DNA from: a virus
Virus record (IMG/VR): IMGVR_UViG_3300044591_002420
Location: 32,001 to 96,000 of that record
Strand: one strand, 5' to 3'
DNA length: 64,000 bases
In this document: positions 1 to 10,622 of the stretch, piece by piece
Numbering within the stretch: position 1 is the first letter of the stretch
Layout: each line of letters opens with the position of its first letter
Notes under the pieces: generated by a model
What the model saw: only the letters and a program-made list of their open reading frames with translations
Databases searched by the model: none
Told to the model about the DNA's origin: nothing
Translations under genes and position numbers: made by a program

Positions 1-54
1 CCACACTTCATCAAGAAGTATCTCAAAATTCAAGAACATCTAAAAACATTATGA
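1..54 (+). CDS. 3' end of an LRV-repeat family gene (truncated by window edge)
   Basis: Encodes the family C-terminal cap PHFIKKYLKIQEHLKTL*; nearly identical to 33947-34000. Confidence 0.8.
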   Translation, partial: PHFIKKYLKIQEHLKTL

Positions 55-455
55 ACAAACTTGAACAAGCTAGAGATCCAAACACATCACCCGAAATCCT
101 AGAACAACTAGCGACCGATGAAGATTCTATTGTTCGTTGTCGGGTAGCAAGACATCCTAACACTCTACCAACAACATTAGAACTTTTAGCTACTGATAAT
201 GATTATTGGGTTCTTTGGGATGTAACAGAACATCCAAACACTCCACCAAAAGTTTTAGAACAACTAGCGACCGATTATCGATATTGGGTTCGTTGGAACG
301 TAGCAGAACATCCAAACACTCCACCAAAAGCCCTAGAAATTCTAGCTACCGATGAGTATATTAGTGTTCGTCTTGAAGTGGCAAGAAATCCAAGCACACC
401 ACACTACATCAAGAAGTTCATTACCATTCAAGAACAGCTTAGGTCACTTCCATAA
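51..455 (+). CDS. LRV (leucine-rich variant)/HEAT-like repeat protein
   Basis: 26-aa repeats NPNTPPKxLExLATDxxxxVRxxVAx plus cap PHYIKKFITIQEQLRSLP. Confidence 0.9.
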   Translation: MNKLEQARDPNTSPEILEQLATDEDSIVRCRVARHPNTLPTTLELLATDNDYWVLWDVTEHPNTPPKVLEQLATDYRYWVRWNVAEHPNTPPKALEILATDEYISVRLEVARNPSTPHYIKKFITIQEQLRSLP

Positions 456-499
456 CTGTCACAATAACCACGGATAACACCATAGAAATCTGCTATAGT
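443..499 (+). promoter_or_regulatory. Representative palindromic motif + extended -10 promoter
   Basis: GTCACTT-ccat-AACTGTC at 443-460, TGcTATAGT at 491-499; ~35 similar copies in the window. Confidence 0.7.
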
Positions 500-521
500 T
501 TGTGATAATTACAAATTTCTC

Positions 522-1265
522 ATGTCCAACTATGTTTTTATTGGAGACGTACATTCACAATACTCTAATTTTTCTGCTGCTATTCGGTGGGTCCAGGAGA
601 ATGTAGAGGATTATCACATCATTCAAGGTGGTGATCTTTTTGATTCACGTACACAAGAATCCGATTCATTGGGTGTCTATAATCTAGTTCGCTCTCTTGG
701 AGATAAAATCACGGTTCTTCATTCCAATCATCATCTTAAACTCTATAAGTATCTCACCCAAGATAATAACAAAATGCAAAATATTGAGTCGCTTATGAGA
801 ACGGTGAATGATTTTGGATTTGATACTAACGAAGAACTTAGAGATGAAGTTATAGCATGGCTGTCATCTCTTTCGTATGGAGTTGCAATTAAGGATAATG
901 ATGGTCTTGAGTATAGAGCGTGTCATGCTTATTGGTTCTCACGTCTTTATGTACCACATGATTATGAAGGAATCTATAAGATCTTTGATGTATCTTCTAA
1001 GGCAAAGGGTCAGATGCTTTATGGTATCTCTCGTCGTGGAGTAGATGGTAATTCTGAACGAATTTTATGGTGGAATTCAACTGAACATAGGCAACACGAA
1101 ACTTTCGTAAGAGTTGCTTTCCATTATCATACTGTTTCAATTGATCTTCAAAATCGTTATCTGATTCTGGATGGATCTTGTGGAGATGATAATGGAACTT
1201 TAATTGCTTATGATGTGAACAATAAGCAATGTGTAGGTTTTCAAAGTGGCACAAGACTTTTCTAA
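522..1265 (+). CDS. Calcineurin-like metallophosphoesterase (ApaH/PrpE/Pnkp-phosphatase-like)
   Basis: Motifs GDVH, GGDLFD, SNHH, CHAY, FHYH, LDGSC. Confidence 0.8.
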   Translation: MSNYVFIGDVHSQYSNFSAAIRWVQENVEDYHIIQGGDLFDSRTQESDSLGVYNLVRSLGDKITVLHSNHHLKLYKYLTQDNNKMQNIESLMRTVNDFGFDTNEELRDEVIAWLSSLSYGVAIKDNDGLEYRACHAYWFSRLYVPHDYEGIYKIFDVSSKAKGQMLYGISRRGVDGNSERILWWNSTEHRQHETFVRVAFHYHTVSIDLQNRYLILDGSCGDDNGTLIAYDVNNKQCVGFQSGTRLF

Positions 1266-2061
1266 ACACTTTCTAAACATGTTATGGTACTTGAAAATTG
1301 GAGAACTCAATGGCTCTTGACGCATTTTTGACTCAACTTCTTCTTGATTTGGAAGATCTTGAGAATGACATCAAATATGATCTTCCGGGTGAAAGCGTTC
1401 CTGCATCTAAGCTCAGAGACATTATTGAAAACGTGGAAGATTATCAAGAAAATGAGGTATAAAGTTATCTTTCTTAAACCCAAAAAGAAGAGAGGCTTCT
1501 TTTCTATACAAGAAGCCACATTCTTTGATATTGAATCTGCATTCTTCTATCAAACAAAGATGGAACAGCTAGGTTCAAAAGATTTCAAAATCATTCCAAT
1601 TTGATGAGGCTTTAACAATGACTCAAACTCTAATCCGAACCGAAATGCCCCGAATTGTTGATGTTGAGCCTTATTTTGATAATAATTTTTGGTGGGCTCA
1701 GATTAGATACAGTGATGGTGGCGAGGATGTTCATGGACCTTTTGATTCTAAAGAAAAGGCTGAAGGAGTTATCTTTTGATGACTTTGAAAGCTCATTATA
1801 TCAGATCTCCGACGAGCAAGGATTTCTTTCTCCCGATCAGATGTTGATCATGGGAGTTAAAGTTCATGTTCATTTATTCGTTTCTGATTTTTTAGATCTA
1901 TTCATTTACTCAAGACTCAAACTATGAAACTCAAACCGCTTTATCCCGAACCGAAAACCGAAGAGTCATCCTCAGAAGAACGAATTATGGATTTGCTTTT
2001 AGAAGACGATGACGAACAGGAATATCCTGAATATGATGACGTTCCACCCGCAATCTGAATC

Positions 2062-2331
2062 ATGTCTGACATTCTTGAAATCATTCGTGTTGAAATTGAT
2101 TATCAACCAAAGACCTCTACTCTATGGATGAGAGTTCAGGCGCTTGTTGATAACATGGTTCTGGTTCATCATCAGACTCTATATGATCCAGAAGAATATG
2201 AACCCGCTGTATGTGTAACGGAACTGACTCTTGATGATAGTCATCCAGATGTAACTCTTAATGATGATGAAATAACAGTGATTTTGGAGGAATCTGGATG
2301 TACCTGGACCCTTTACGAAGGTGACACTTGA
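2062..2331 (+). CDS. Hypothetical protein
   Basis: ATG ORF co-oriented with neighbours; its stop lies within a palindromic motif copy. Confidence 0.7.
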   Translation: MSDILEIIRVEIDYQPKTSTLWMRVQALVDNMVLVHHQTLYDPEEYEPAVCVTELTLDDSHPDVTLNDDEITVILEESGCTWTLYEGDT

Positions 2332-2373
2332 AGAACTGCCACATAACCACTTGAAATTTGGAGAAAACGTGCT

Positions 2374-2781
2374 ATGGTCAATTTGTCGGGCGATCTATTA
2401 GATGAGGATAGTTTTCCTGAATTTCATCAGGAATTGCTAGACTCCGACACACTTAAAATTTTGGAAAATTACGAAATGGAATCTGTTATGAATTCTGTAG
2501 AAACACAACCCACTATGGGTCAACTGAATGTTGGTCCTAACAATACTTTTGAAGCCACTTTCGCTGAAGCAGGAAGTAGTGCTATTTCTTTTATGTCATA
2601 TATGAATGAACAACTTACGGTGAGATTCCGCAACTCCACACGAGAATATCAATATCTGGTTTCAGACTCAGCTCTGACTGAAATTATGGCTGAAGTTCGG
2701 GCCACTCTTGTTGATGCTGAAGGATCCGTTGGTACTCTTATTCAACGTATGACTCGTCAAAATATCATTCAACTTGTTTGA
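2374..2781 (+). CDS. KTSC-domain-like protein (true start probably downstream)
   Basis: SSAISFMSY..LTVRF...EYQY resembles the KTSC consensus SSxIxxxxY..LxVxF..xYxY. Confidence 0.5.
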   Translation: MVNLSGDLLDEDSFPEFHQELLDSDTLKILENYEMESVMNSVETQPTMGQLNVGPNNTFEATFAEAGSSAISFMSYMNEQLTVRFRNSTREYQYLVSDSALTEIMAEVRATLVDAEGSVGTLIQRMTRQNIIQLV

Positions 2782-2928
2782 GGAACTTATGTATCATAAA
2801 AAAATTGAAACACAGAAAGAAGCACTAGATTTTATCAGAAAGGGTGAAGTGGTAGATCTTCTTGATCGTCTTGATCGTCTTGTTGAGATGATTGGTGAAA
2901 AAGGAAGTGAAGAGTCCGAAGGAGAGAC

Positions 2929-3477
2929 TTGATGACTAAGTTCAAAAAAGGTGATATTGTTATCTCAAAAAATGGTAAATATCCAGCTAGAGTAACCGAG
3001 AATAATTCTTGGGGTGGTTATACTAATATTGTTTATTTACACAACAATTCATATAGCACTCTAGTAACAGACAATCTTATTCTTTATAATGAATCCGAAA
3101 ACATGACCACTGAAACTCAAATGCTTTATCAATTCAAAACCGAAGATGGTTCTACTGCCTACGGCACACACATTGGAACCAATTCTAAAAATCTTTGGTT
3201 AATGGAAGAAAAGGGCTCAGGTAGAGTTCTTACCATTGATCCGAAAGATGCCGAAGAGGTACTTCCTTATACCTTTAGTGTCAAAATGCGAGGTAATACT
3301 ACTCACTATATCGGTGAAGAGGGTATGGTTACCACCGGAGATGTTCTTCTATACACCGGAGGTGACCATCCTGAAATCGCTACTGTTACTGCCATTAACA
3401 CAAAAAATAAATCCGCTCGTGCCAAATTCACTGGTCGTAGAGTGGTCACCGAACAACTTACCCAAACTGCTGTATAA
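2929..3477 (+). CDS. Hypothetical protein
   Basis: 182-aa ORF in the + strand gene run. Confidence 0.7.
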   Translation: MMTKFKKGDIVISKNGKYPARVTENNSWGGYTNIVYLHNNSYSTLVTDNLILYNESENMTTETQMLYQFKTEDGSTAYGTHIGTNSKNLWLMEEKGSGRVLTIDPKDAEEVLPYTFSVKMRGNTTHYIGEEGMVTTGDVLLYTGGDHPEIATVTAINTKNKSARAKFTGRRVVTEQLTQTAV

Positions 3478-3707
3478 TTATGATTGAACAAATGACACAA
3501 ATGACAAGAGAAGAAGAAGTTTCTCTAATTTTAGATGACATTTTTGATGGTGATAATGATTCTCAAGATCGCTGTGTTCAGCAACTTGCAGAAATGCATG
3601 ATCTTGTTTACTCGGAAATGAGCAAAGAAGAAATTGAAGAACTGATTATTGAGAACGAAGATACTCTTTATTCTCTATCAATGGCTGCTTGATATAAGCA
3701 ACTTCCT

Positions 3708-3734
3708 GAGGAGTGTCTACGGATGCTCCTCTTT
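3708..3734 (+). terminator. Hairpin with cUACGg tetraloop, probable intrinsic terminator or processing stem
   Basis: GAGGAGTGTC-TACG-GATGCTCCTC followed by TTT, just after ORF 3480-3692. Confidence 0.55.
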
Positions 3735-3948
3735 AGTCCTTTTTGGTAATTCCTATGAAAAAAACTTATTCGCATCACACATGGCTACTATATGCTCCCA
3801 AAAAGGCCACTGAGATCTCAAATTTTTTGAATGAAAAACGTGAAGAAGGATTGATGTATGCTCCCAAAATTGTAGGAAAAAATAAATACTCGCTGGTAGA
3901 AGTTTTTGATTCTGAAGGTTATTCTTTGGGCTATTTGGGCTGATTGAT

Positions 3949-4245
3949 ATGGTTTATGATGTGGCAACTCTAGAACAACTAGAGACCGATAAGAACTCTT
4001 ATATTCGTGTGGGTGTATCAAAAAATCCAAACACACCACCAACAACATTAGAACAACTAGCGACCGATGATTATTGGTATGTTCGTTGGAATGTAGCACT
4101 ACATCCAAACACACCACCAAAAGCGCTAGAAATTCTAGTGAGCGATGAGGATCCATATGTTCGTATATGGCTAGCACAAAATCCAAACACTCCACAATAC
4201 ATCAAGAAGTATCTTAAACTTCAAGAACAACTATCTAGATTATGA
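3949..4245 (+). CDS. LRV-repeat protein
   Basis: Three 26-aa repeats plus cap PQYIKKYLKLQEQLSRL. Confidence 0.9.
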   Translation: MVYDVATLEQLETDKNSYIRVGVSKNPNTPPTTLEQLATDDYWYVRWNVALHPNTPPKALEILVSDEDPYVRIWLAQNPNTPQYIKKYLKLQEQLSRL

Positions 4246-4702
4246 AGCGTTATACCGTTAGAAGTCACACTGAATCATTTCAAACAGATTCTTTAGATGA
4301 AGCACATTCTGTAATGGAATCAATGGCATCTTATTATGGATGTGCATCTATTATTGATAATACAACAAATAAGATCATAGAGGAGTGGACGGTATGAAAA
4401 CTGTCCCTTTTCGTCCCTAACCACACCTTGTCTACCCTATAGTAATTCTAGTTAAATTGACTTCATGAACATCTTAAATGACAATCAGACCAAGCTTGTT
4501 GAAAATGCTCTCATGCGCCTCAAAGCGCATCACAATCAAGTTGTTTCACGACATTATCTTGATGTTGATGCGAACGAAACAGTGCAAGCGTCTGTTGAGA
4601 TCGTTAAAGAAATTGACATTCTTCTCTCTTGTTTTTCAAATCATTCACCTCTTTACATTCTAAACGAAGATACCGACGAAAAGATTTTGGCTGATATTTT
4701 TC

Positions 4703-5164
4703 ATGATCTATAAAAACGAGGAATTTATTGTTCCTTCGGTTTCTTTTTTGAAGAATAGAATCTTGGATCAAGTTATTGCTGTAGCTATGGCTAGCAACGG
4801 TCCCAAACGAATGGGTGCAATTTTACTTAAAAAAAACAAAGTCGTCGCTGCTGCTTGTAACAACTATGAAAAATCTGATGCCTTTCAATTCAGAATCTCT
4901 AACAGAGCATCCTTGGTCTACAACAAACCAGAATACTCTAAACGAGTTTTTGGACATGCTGAAACACTTGCCATCAAACAAATCAGAAATGGTGATGCCG
5001 ACACGATTGTTGTTTGTCGTCTTTCGGGGAAGTATTCTTCCAGAAAGTTGAGAATGGCAAGACCTTGTAGAATCTGCACTCATCTAATTTTGAATTTTTA
5101 TTCGTCCATTAGACACATTCATTATTCAACTGAAAACGGATTTCTTTACGAGTATTGGCAATGA
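4703..5164 (+). CDS. Zn-dependent cytidine/dCMP deaminase-fold protein
   Basis: HAE and PCxxC (RPCRIC) motifs, upstream GAIL. Confidence 0.8.
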   Translation: MIYKNEEFIVPSVSFLKNRILDQVIAVAMASNGPKRMGAILLKKNKVVAAACNNYEKSDAFQFRISNRASLVYNKPEYSKRVFGHAETLAIKQIRNGDADTIVVCRLSGKYSSRKLRMARPCRICTHLILNFYSSIRHIHYSTENGFLYEYWQ

Positions 5165-5423
5165 AAACGATTTCACTTCTTGAGGCATACCGATTACTGA
5201 AAAAGTATCGGCATGTTATTTTTGATGAAGACACATACCGAATGAATCTTGATCTTAATGATGAGGGCCTGATCATTAAATTGAAGAATAAAGGATCCGA
5301 AAATGTTATGTTGTTCCCTTATGAATTTAATGAGAGTGTTGAAGTGAATGAAAGTGTTATTACGTTTTATGATAGAATGAAATGGCGCCACGATTTTGAA
5401 CCTCTGATGAAGGTGGATTTATT

Positions 5424-5915
5424 GTGAATGTTATTGAAAAGCTCACTCTAGCACAAAATCCAAACACACCTCCAAAAGTTCTAGAACACCTAGCGACCGA
5501 TGAAGATTCTTATGTTCGTAGTAACGTAGCACTAAATCCAAACATACCACCAAAAGCACTAGGACAACTAGCGACTGATGGGAATTATGGTGTTCGTTAT
5601 AATGTAGCACAAAATCCAAACACACCACCAAAAGCCCTAGAAATTCTAGCAAATGATGTGGATTATTGGGTTCGTGAAGAAGTAGCAAATAATCCAAATA
5701 CTCCATCAAAAGTCTTAGAACTTCTAGCGACCGATGAGGATTATAATGTTCGTTGTGTAGTAGCAAATAATCTAAACACACCACCAAAAGCCCTAGAACA
5801 ACTAGCGACTGAGGAGAATTATTATGTTCGTTATTATGTAACAAAAAATCCAAACATCCCACATTATATCAAAAAGTATATTAAAATTCAAAAACATCTT
5901 AAGACACTTTCATAA
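5424..5915 (+). CDS. LRV-repeat protein
   Basis: Five repeats plus cap. Confidence 0.9.
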   Translation: MNVIEKLTLAQNPNTPPKVLEHLATDEDSYVRSNVALNPNIPPKALGQLATDGNYGVRYNVAQNPNTPPKALEILANDVDYWVREEVANNPNTPSKVLELLATDEDYNVRCVVANNLNTPPKALEQLATEENYYVRYYVTKNPNIPHYIKKYIKIQKHLKTLS

Positions 5916-5980
5916 CTGACCACCACTCCACCATAAATACGGTTGAGTGTGCTATTGTTTAGAAGTTGTTAAAGACACAT

Positions 5981-6054
5981 GGCCCAGTAGCTCAGCGGAT
6001 TAGAGTAGTCGGCTTCTACCCGATATGTCGCAGGTTCGAATCCTGCCTGGGTCG
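5981..6054 (+). tRNA. tRNA-Arg(UCU)
   Basis: Acceptor GGCCCAG/CTGGGTC, anticodon arm GTCGG-CTTCTAC-CCGAT, T loop TTCGAAT; CCA not encoded. Confidence 0.92.
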
Positions 6055-6078
6055 TTTAATTCGTTACCTTTATCATTT

Positions 6079-6498
6079 ATGGAAATCTCTGACCTTGAAG
6101 ATAAAATTTCAGATCTAGATAATAAAATTGACGAACTTCGTTTTGAGCTTAACCAGCAAGTAGGATTTATTATTGGTGCTATATCTGAATTATCAGAGGA
6201 TTACATAACAACCGCGATCGTCAATAACTTATTAGCACATTCAATCCAAGAATATATCATTGATAATTATAAGAAATTTAGCAAAAAAATTGTTTCTACA
6301 ATTCTAGAATCAGAATATTTTTATGCCAATAATCTTTTCCGATATAATTATCATTCAAACATAACACACGATTCTAAAATATTAGAAGAATATCAATATT
6401 TGGAATACGTTCTAGACAATCCCAACTTAAGTCCATATAATAAAAAAGAAATTAAAAAACGTATAGCGAAACATAAAAGAGATCTCAAAAAACAATGA
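6079..6498 (+). CDS. Hypothetical coiled-coil protein
   Basis: ATG at 6079 (the ORF-track start at 6025 overlaps the tRNA). Confidence 0.65.
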   Translation: MEISDLEDKISDLDNKIDELRFELNQQVGFIIGAISELSEDYITTAIVNNLLAHSIQEYIIDNYKKFSKKIVSTILESEYFYANNLFRYNYHSNITHDSKILEEYQYLEYVLDNPNLSPYNKKEIKKRIAKHKRDLKKQ

Positions 6499-7262
6499 CT
6501 GAAGATGAATTGGGTAATAAGCTAAAACAACTAGAACAACAAGAAGCCGGAAGAAAAGCCGATCCTTATCTTCCTCTTATGGCAAGACTTGATGGTAACT
6601 GTTTTAGTAACTTTACAAGATCACTTGAAAGACCTTTTGATAAAAGATTTTGTGATCTTATGCTAGAAACAACAAAATACCTTGTTGAAGAAAGCGAAGC
6701 ATTATTGGGTTATTGTCAATCCGATGAGATTACTCTTTATTGGTATTTGGATAAACAAAACTTTTCTAATAGAGAATTTTGGTTTGGTGGAAAGTTTTAT
6801 AAAATTGCATCTATTTTATCATCAAAAGCTAGTTCTTTCTTCTCTGGTAATCTAGCTAATTATCTACCTGAGAAAGTCGGGGTCTATCCTGCATTTGATG
6901 CAAGAGTCTGGAGTGTTCCTGATCTTCATTGGGTTTATGAGAATTACTTATGGAGATTTAAAGATGCGAGAAAGAATTCTGTTTCCATGTATGCAAGAAA
7001 TTTCTTTTCTCATTCTCAACTTCATAAAAAATCTGGAGAGAAGATGAAAGAGATGCTAAGAGAAAATGGCACACCTTGGGAAGAATTGCCTGAATTTTTT
7101 AAGAGTGGCTCTTATGTTAAAAGACAGAGAATTTTGTTATCACTGGATGATTCTAGATGGACTGATGTTCCACTGCAATATAGACCAACAAAACCAATAG
7201 TAAGAACAGTTGTATCTCATTGGATCCCAGAAGAAACAGTAAATCCTAGCTGGTTTATGTGA
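6495..7262 (+). CDS. tRNA(His) guanylyltransferase / Thg1-like 3'-5' polymerase
   Basis: RLDG..FS.FT, QSDEI, FDAR, WR..DA.KNS motifs. Confidence 0.9.
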   Translation: MTEDELGNKLKQLEQQEAGRKADPYLPLMARLDGNCFSNFTRSLERPFDKRFCDLMLETTKYLVEESEALLGYCQSDEITLYWYLDKQNFSNREFWFGGKFYKIASILSSKASSFFSGNLANYLPEKVGVYPAFDARVWSVPDLHWVYENYLWRFKDARKNSVSMYARNFFSHSQLHKKSGEKMKEMLRENGTPWEELPEFFKSGSYVKRQRILLSLDDSRWTDVPLQYRPTKPIVRTVVSHWIPEETVNPSWFM

Positions 7263-7711
7263 CGATTATCAAACTGTCACAGCTCAATCTTGTAGAGCCT
7301 TTGGTTGTGTTAGTATTAGTGAGTAAAACCGAAAAGATTATGATTCACTTTAAAGATTATGAAAAAGCTTCTCTTCTTTTTGTAAAAGAAGAACTTCCAC
7401 ACTTACCGCAAGTTGGTGATTATATTATATTTGATGAATTTCTTTTTATTGTAAAAGAACGGAGTTTTAATCTTACTCCGGGTGAAAATAATGTTATTAG
7501 CATCTTTATTAGTAGGTGTGAATCATGAAACCTTTTAACCCCACTTTTCATTTTTTTAAAGAAGAAGACCTTTCACACTCAACACAAGTTGGTGATTTTA
7601 TTGAATGTGATGGTGTCGTTTATAACATAGTAGATATTTTTGATTTGACACTTCACACTATTGACGATCAATCTAATAAAACCGTATCGTTCACTTTTAC
7701 TATAAACAAAA

Positions 7712-8326
7712 ATGATCTACACTGAAGACCAAGTAACAGAAATCGTCAAGCGAGTTATTAAAGAACTCCAGCCTGATATCTCGGGTTTATCGTCGAATGA
7801 AAAATATAAATTGGCTAGCGATCCTCAAACTTCAACAAAAGTTCTAGAACTTTTGGCAACAAATAATTGTATTCATTCTCGCTGTGGGGTAGCAGAAAAT
7901 CCAAACACACCTACAAAAACTCTAGAATCTCTTGCGATAGATAATCATTCTTGGGTTCGTTGGCGTGTAGCAAAAAATCTAAACACACCACCAAAAGCCC
8001 TAGAAATTCTAGCGACCGATAAGTATTCTCATGTTCGTTTGGGGGTAGCATATAATCCAAACACTCCACCAAAATCTCTAGAACTTCTAGTGACCGATAA
8101 TGAGTGGGATGTCCTTAAAGCTGTAGTACAAAATCCAAACGCAACACAAAAAACACTATTGATTTTGTCGGCAACAAATGATTACATGATTCAGCACTAT
8201 GTAGAAAAACATCCAAACTATGATCCACCCGAAACAATAACAATCACTAAAAAACAAAAACAAGCACTAAAAGATCTAATCATTTCCACACAAAATCCTA
8301 TTCTAAAGGATATTAATCTAGGTTAA
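7712..8326 (+). CDS. LRV-repeat protein, subfamily with alternative N- and C-caps
   Basis: Repeats plus tail HPNY...TKKQKQALKDLI shared with 15368, 26683, 51882. Confidence 0.88.
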   Translation: MIYTEDQVTEIVKRVIKELQPDISGLSSNEKYKLASDPQTSTKVLELLATNNCIHSRCGVAENPNTPTKTLESLAIDNHSWVRWRVAKNLNTPPKALEILATDKYSHVRLGVAYNPNTPPKSLELLVTDNEWDVLKAVVQNPNATQKTLLILSATNDYMIQHYVEKHPNYDPPETITITKKQKQALKDLIISTQNPILKDINLG

Positions 8327-8352
8327 TATTTCCCCAAATAACGAGTTCAATC

Positions 8353-8676
8353 ATGAAAAATTTCATTAAAAAATTCTTTGAAAAATGGAGAGCGAAATAT
8401 CTTGAGGAAAAAAGATTAGAAAATATTGATATTAATGCATGGCATACGTTACTATACCTAGAAGATAAGAACTCGGCTTTGGAAGTCATTAAAACAAATC
8501 ATACACCTTTTTATATTCTTGAAGTATATGCTAATGATAGTCTAGTGGAATTCCGAAAAGCTGTTGTAAACCATAATAATACCATCAAAGAAACACTTGA
8601 ACTCATGGTAAACGACGAAACTAATGAGATCAGTGAAATTGCTCAACACCGCCTTATAAATAAAATTTACCACTGA
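8353..8676 (+). CDS. Divergent LRV/HEAT-like protein
   Basis: TP..ILE..AND....RKAV..H.NT..ETLE repeat remnants. Confidence 0.55.
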   Translation: MKNFIKKFFEKWRAKYLEEKRLENIDINAWHTLLYLEDKNSALEVIKTNHTPFYILEVYANDSLVEFRKAVVNHNNTIKETLELMVNDETNEISEIAQHRLINKIYH

Positions 8677-8687
8677 ATTGTTATCCC

Positions 8688-8933
8688 ATGACACCAACAG
8701 AACCACAACAAACTGAAAATCTAAACACACCACCGAAAATCCTAGAACAACTAGCTTCCAAAAAGGATAATGGTATCCAGTGGAAGGTAGCACTGAATTC
8801 AAACACATCACCAAAAGCCCTAGAACTACTAGCAAATGATGAGGAATTTCTTCGTCAATTCATTGTATCAAAAATTGATCTCCCTATGATAAAAATTATT
8901 AAACTATCTCCTATTATTGAAAATCTCTATTAA
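8688..8933 (+). CDS. Short LRV-repeat protein
   Basis: NLNTPPKILEQLA..VALNSNTSPKALELLAND. Confidence 0.7.
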   Translation: MTPTEPQQTENLNTPPKILEQLASKKDNGIQWKVALNSNTSPKALELLANDEEFLRQFIVSKIDLPMIKIIKLSPIIENLY

Positions 8934-9282
8934 TATGACTGTTTATACAATGATACCCAAAGGAAGTTTTTGTGGTCAGGATTTTAGTTACTTTATTTGG
9001 CCCCGAAAAACAGATAATCCAAATCAGATCTTTAAGGGAACAAAAAATAAAACACTCTTCACATTAGTTGCAGATGGTTATGGCGAAAAAGGAAATTATG
9101 GAAATGGACCAATTATTGTTCACGAGTGGAACAATCAATGAAAGCTGAACTTAAAAGAAACGGTCATCTTCATCTTATTGTAGAAAGTGAGATTGAATAT
9201 TATGCTTTACAACGTTGGAGAGAAAATCAATATATCATTATTGAAGAAGTAAAACCACAAGAACATCCTGAACATTTTATCC

Positions 9283-9885
9283 ATGACGATCACTACAGAA
9301 CAAGTTAAGACTCTCAGAGAGAAAACCGGAGCCGGAATGATGCTCTGTAAAGAAGCACTCAAATCTTCTTCAGGAGATCAAGAAGGTGCAATACTTTGGC
9401 TCAGACAAAAAGGAATTACACTAGCCGATGGTAAGATCGGTAGATCTACTACCGAAGGTGCAATCGGAACTTATATTCATACTGGCAGCCGAGTTGGTGT
9501 GATGGTTGAGATTCTTTGTGAGACAGATTTTGTTGCAAAGACACCGGAATTTCAAGAACTGATTCGTAACATTGGAATGCAGATTGCGGCATGTCCTAAT
9601 GTTCAAGGTATCAGTCTAGATGATATTCCTCAGAGTTTTATTGATTCTGAAACTGCTCTTGAAATGAGTAAAGCTGATCTGGCCAATAAACCAGAAGCAA
9701 TTCGTCAAAAGATTGTAGAAGGAAGAGTTGGTAAGAAACTCAAAGAAGTTACGCTTATGAGCCAACCTTATGCTAAAGATTCTACCATTACAGTTGAAAC
9801 ATTAATCAAGAACTTTTCTGCTCAATTTGGTGAGAATATTGTTGTTAGACGCTTTGTGCGTTTTGTACTTGGTGAGGATCTATGA
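9283..9885 (+). CDS. tsf: Translation elongation factor Ts (short, cyanobacterial-type)
   Basis: VKTLREKTGAGMMLCKEAL, CETDFVA, RFVRFVLGE; 200 aa. Confidence 0.96.
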   Translation: MTITTEQVKTLREKTGAGMMLCKEALKSSSGDQEGAILWLRQKGITLADGKIGRSTTEGAIGTYIHTGSRVGVMVEILCETDFVAKTPEFQELIRNIGMQIAACPNVQGISLDDIPQSFIDSETALEMSKADLANKPEAIRQKIVEGRVGKKLKEVTLMSQPYAKDSTITVETLIKNFSAQFGENIVVRRFVRFVLGEDL

Positions 9886-10074
9886 TCATTATGGAACATG
9901 AACTTTTTACTATGTGTGAGAAACTTACTAATAAATTATGGGAATATTGCAATTGTCATCCGACACACGATACTGATTTATTAGTTAAAGAATCAAAAGA
10001 ATTAATGGTTTCTTATTATGAGAAACGCATTTCTGAATTAAAAAATGAAATTATTCGTATTTAAGGTATAAACT

Positions 10075-10473
10075 ATGGGAACTAGAGCTGATTTTTACGT
10101 TGGAGTTGGACCTAACGCCGAATGGTTAGGAAGTGTTGCATGGGATGGTTATGAATGGCAAGTAAAACCAGATTGCTCTTTAATGAAAGCGAAAACTGAA
10201 GAAGAATTTCGTAGTGCTGTTAAGTTAATTTCAGAAAAACGAGATGATTGGACATCAGTAGAACAAGGTTGGCCGTGGCCATGGAACGATAGTTTTACTA
10301 CTGATAGAACCTATGCATTTGTTGATGGAAAAACTCAAGACTATAATTGGGGCTGTTTGCCAGTGGATGACGAAGATGAAGACACTGTAAAAACTGTAGA
10401 GTGGCCAAATATGGAATCAAGAAAAAATGTCAATTATGGTAATCGTTCGGGACTTCTTATTTTTTCTGTGTGA
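10075..10473 (+). CDS. Hypothetical phage protein
   Basis: MGTRADFYVG... Trp-rich ORF. Confidence 0.7.
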   Translation: MGTRADFYVGVGPNAEWLGSVAWDGYEWQVKPDCSLMKAKTEEEFRSAVKLISEKRDDWTSVEQGWPWPWNDSFTTDRTYAFVDGKTQDYNWGCLPVDDEDEDTVKTVEWPNMESRKNVNYGNRSGLLIFSV

Positions 10474-10491
10474 TACTCTATCTTGTTTCCA

Positions 10492-10547
10492 GCCAATCCT
10501 GAAACCGTCCACTGCCTCTTGACAAACTAGCTCCTCCATGCTAGATT
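10492..10547 (+). promoter_or_regulatory. Sigma70-type promoter of the vWA/ncRNA operon, with upstream palindromic motif
   Basis: TTGACA 10519-10524, 17 bp, TG-c-TAGATT ending 10547; motif right arm AACCGTC at 10503-10509. Confidence 0.75.
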
Positions 10548-10558
10548 GAACAAGTTCA

Positions 10559-10622
10559 AAGATGAGACAGCAATTCCCTTCGCTCTTTCCTTTTAAGAAA
10601 ACCAAGCCAAAAAACTCATCTT
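10559..10622 (+). ncRNA. CAGCA-module hairpin H1 with tRNA-Lys(UUU)-like loop
   Basis: Stem AAGATGAG/CTCATCTT then ACAGCAA; inner TTTC-CTTTTAA-GAAA. Confidence 0.65.

Noticed and set aside
5443-5862. Recurrent - strand ORFs (LVVCLDF...NEH...HRSLVVL) opposite LRV genes
   Set aside because: These are antisense shadows of the 78-bp repeat, which lacks stops in that frame; there are no independent expression signals.
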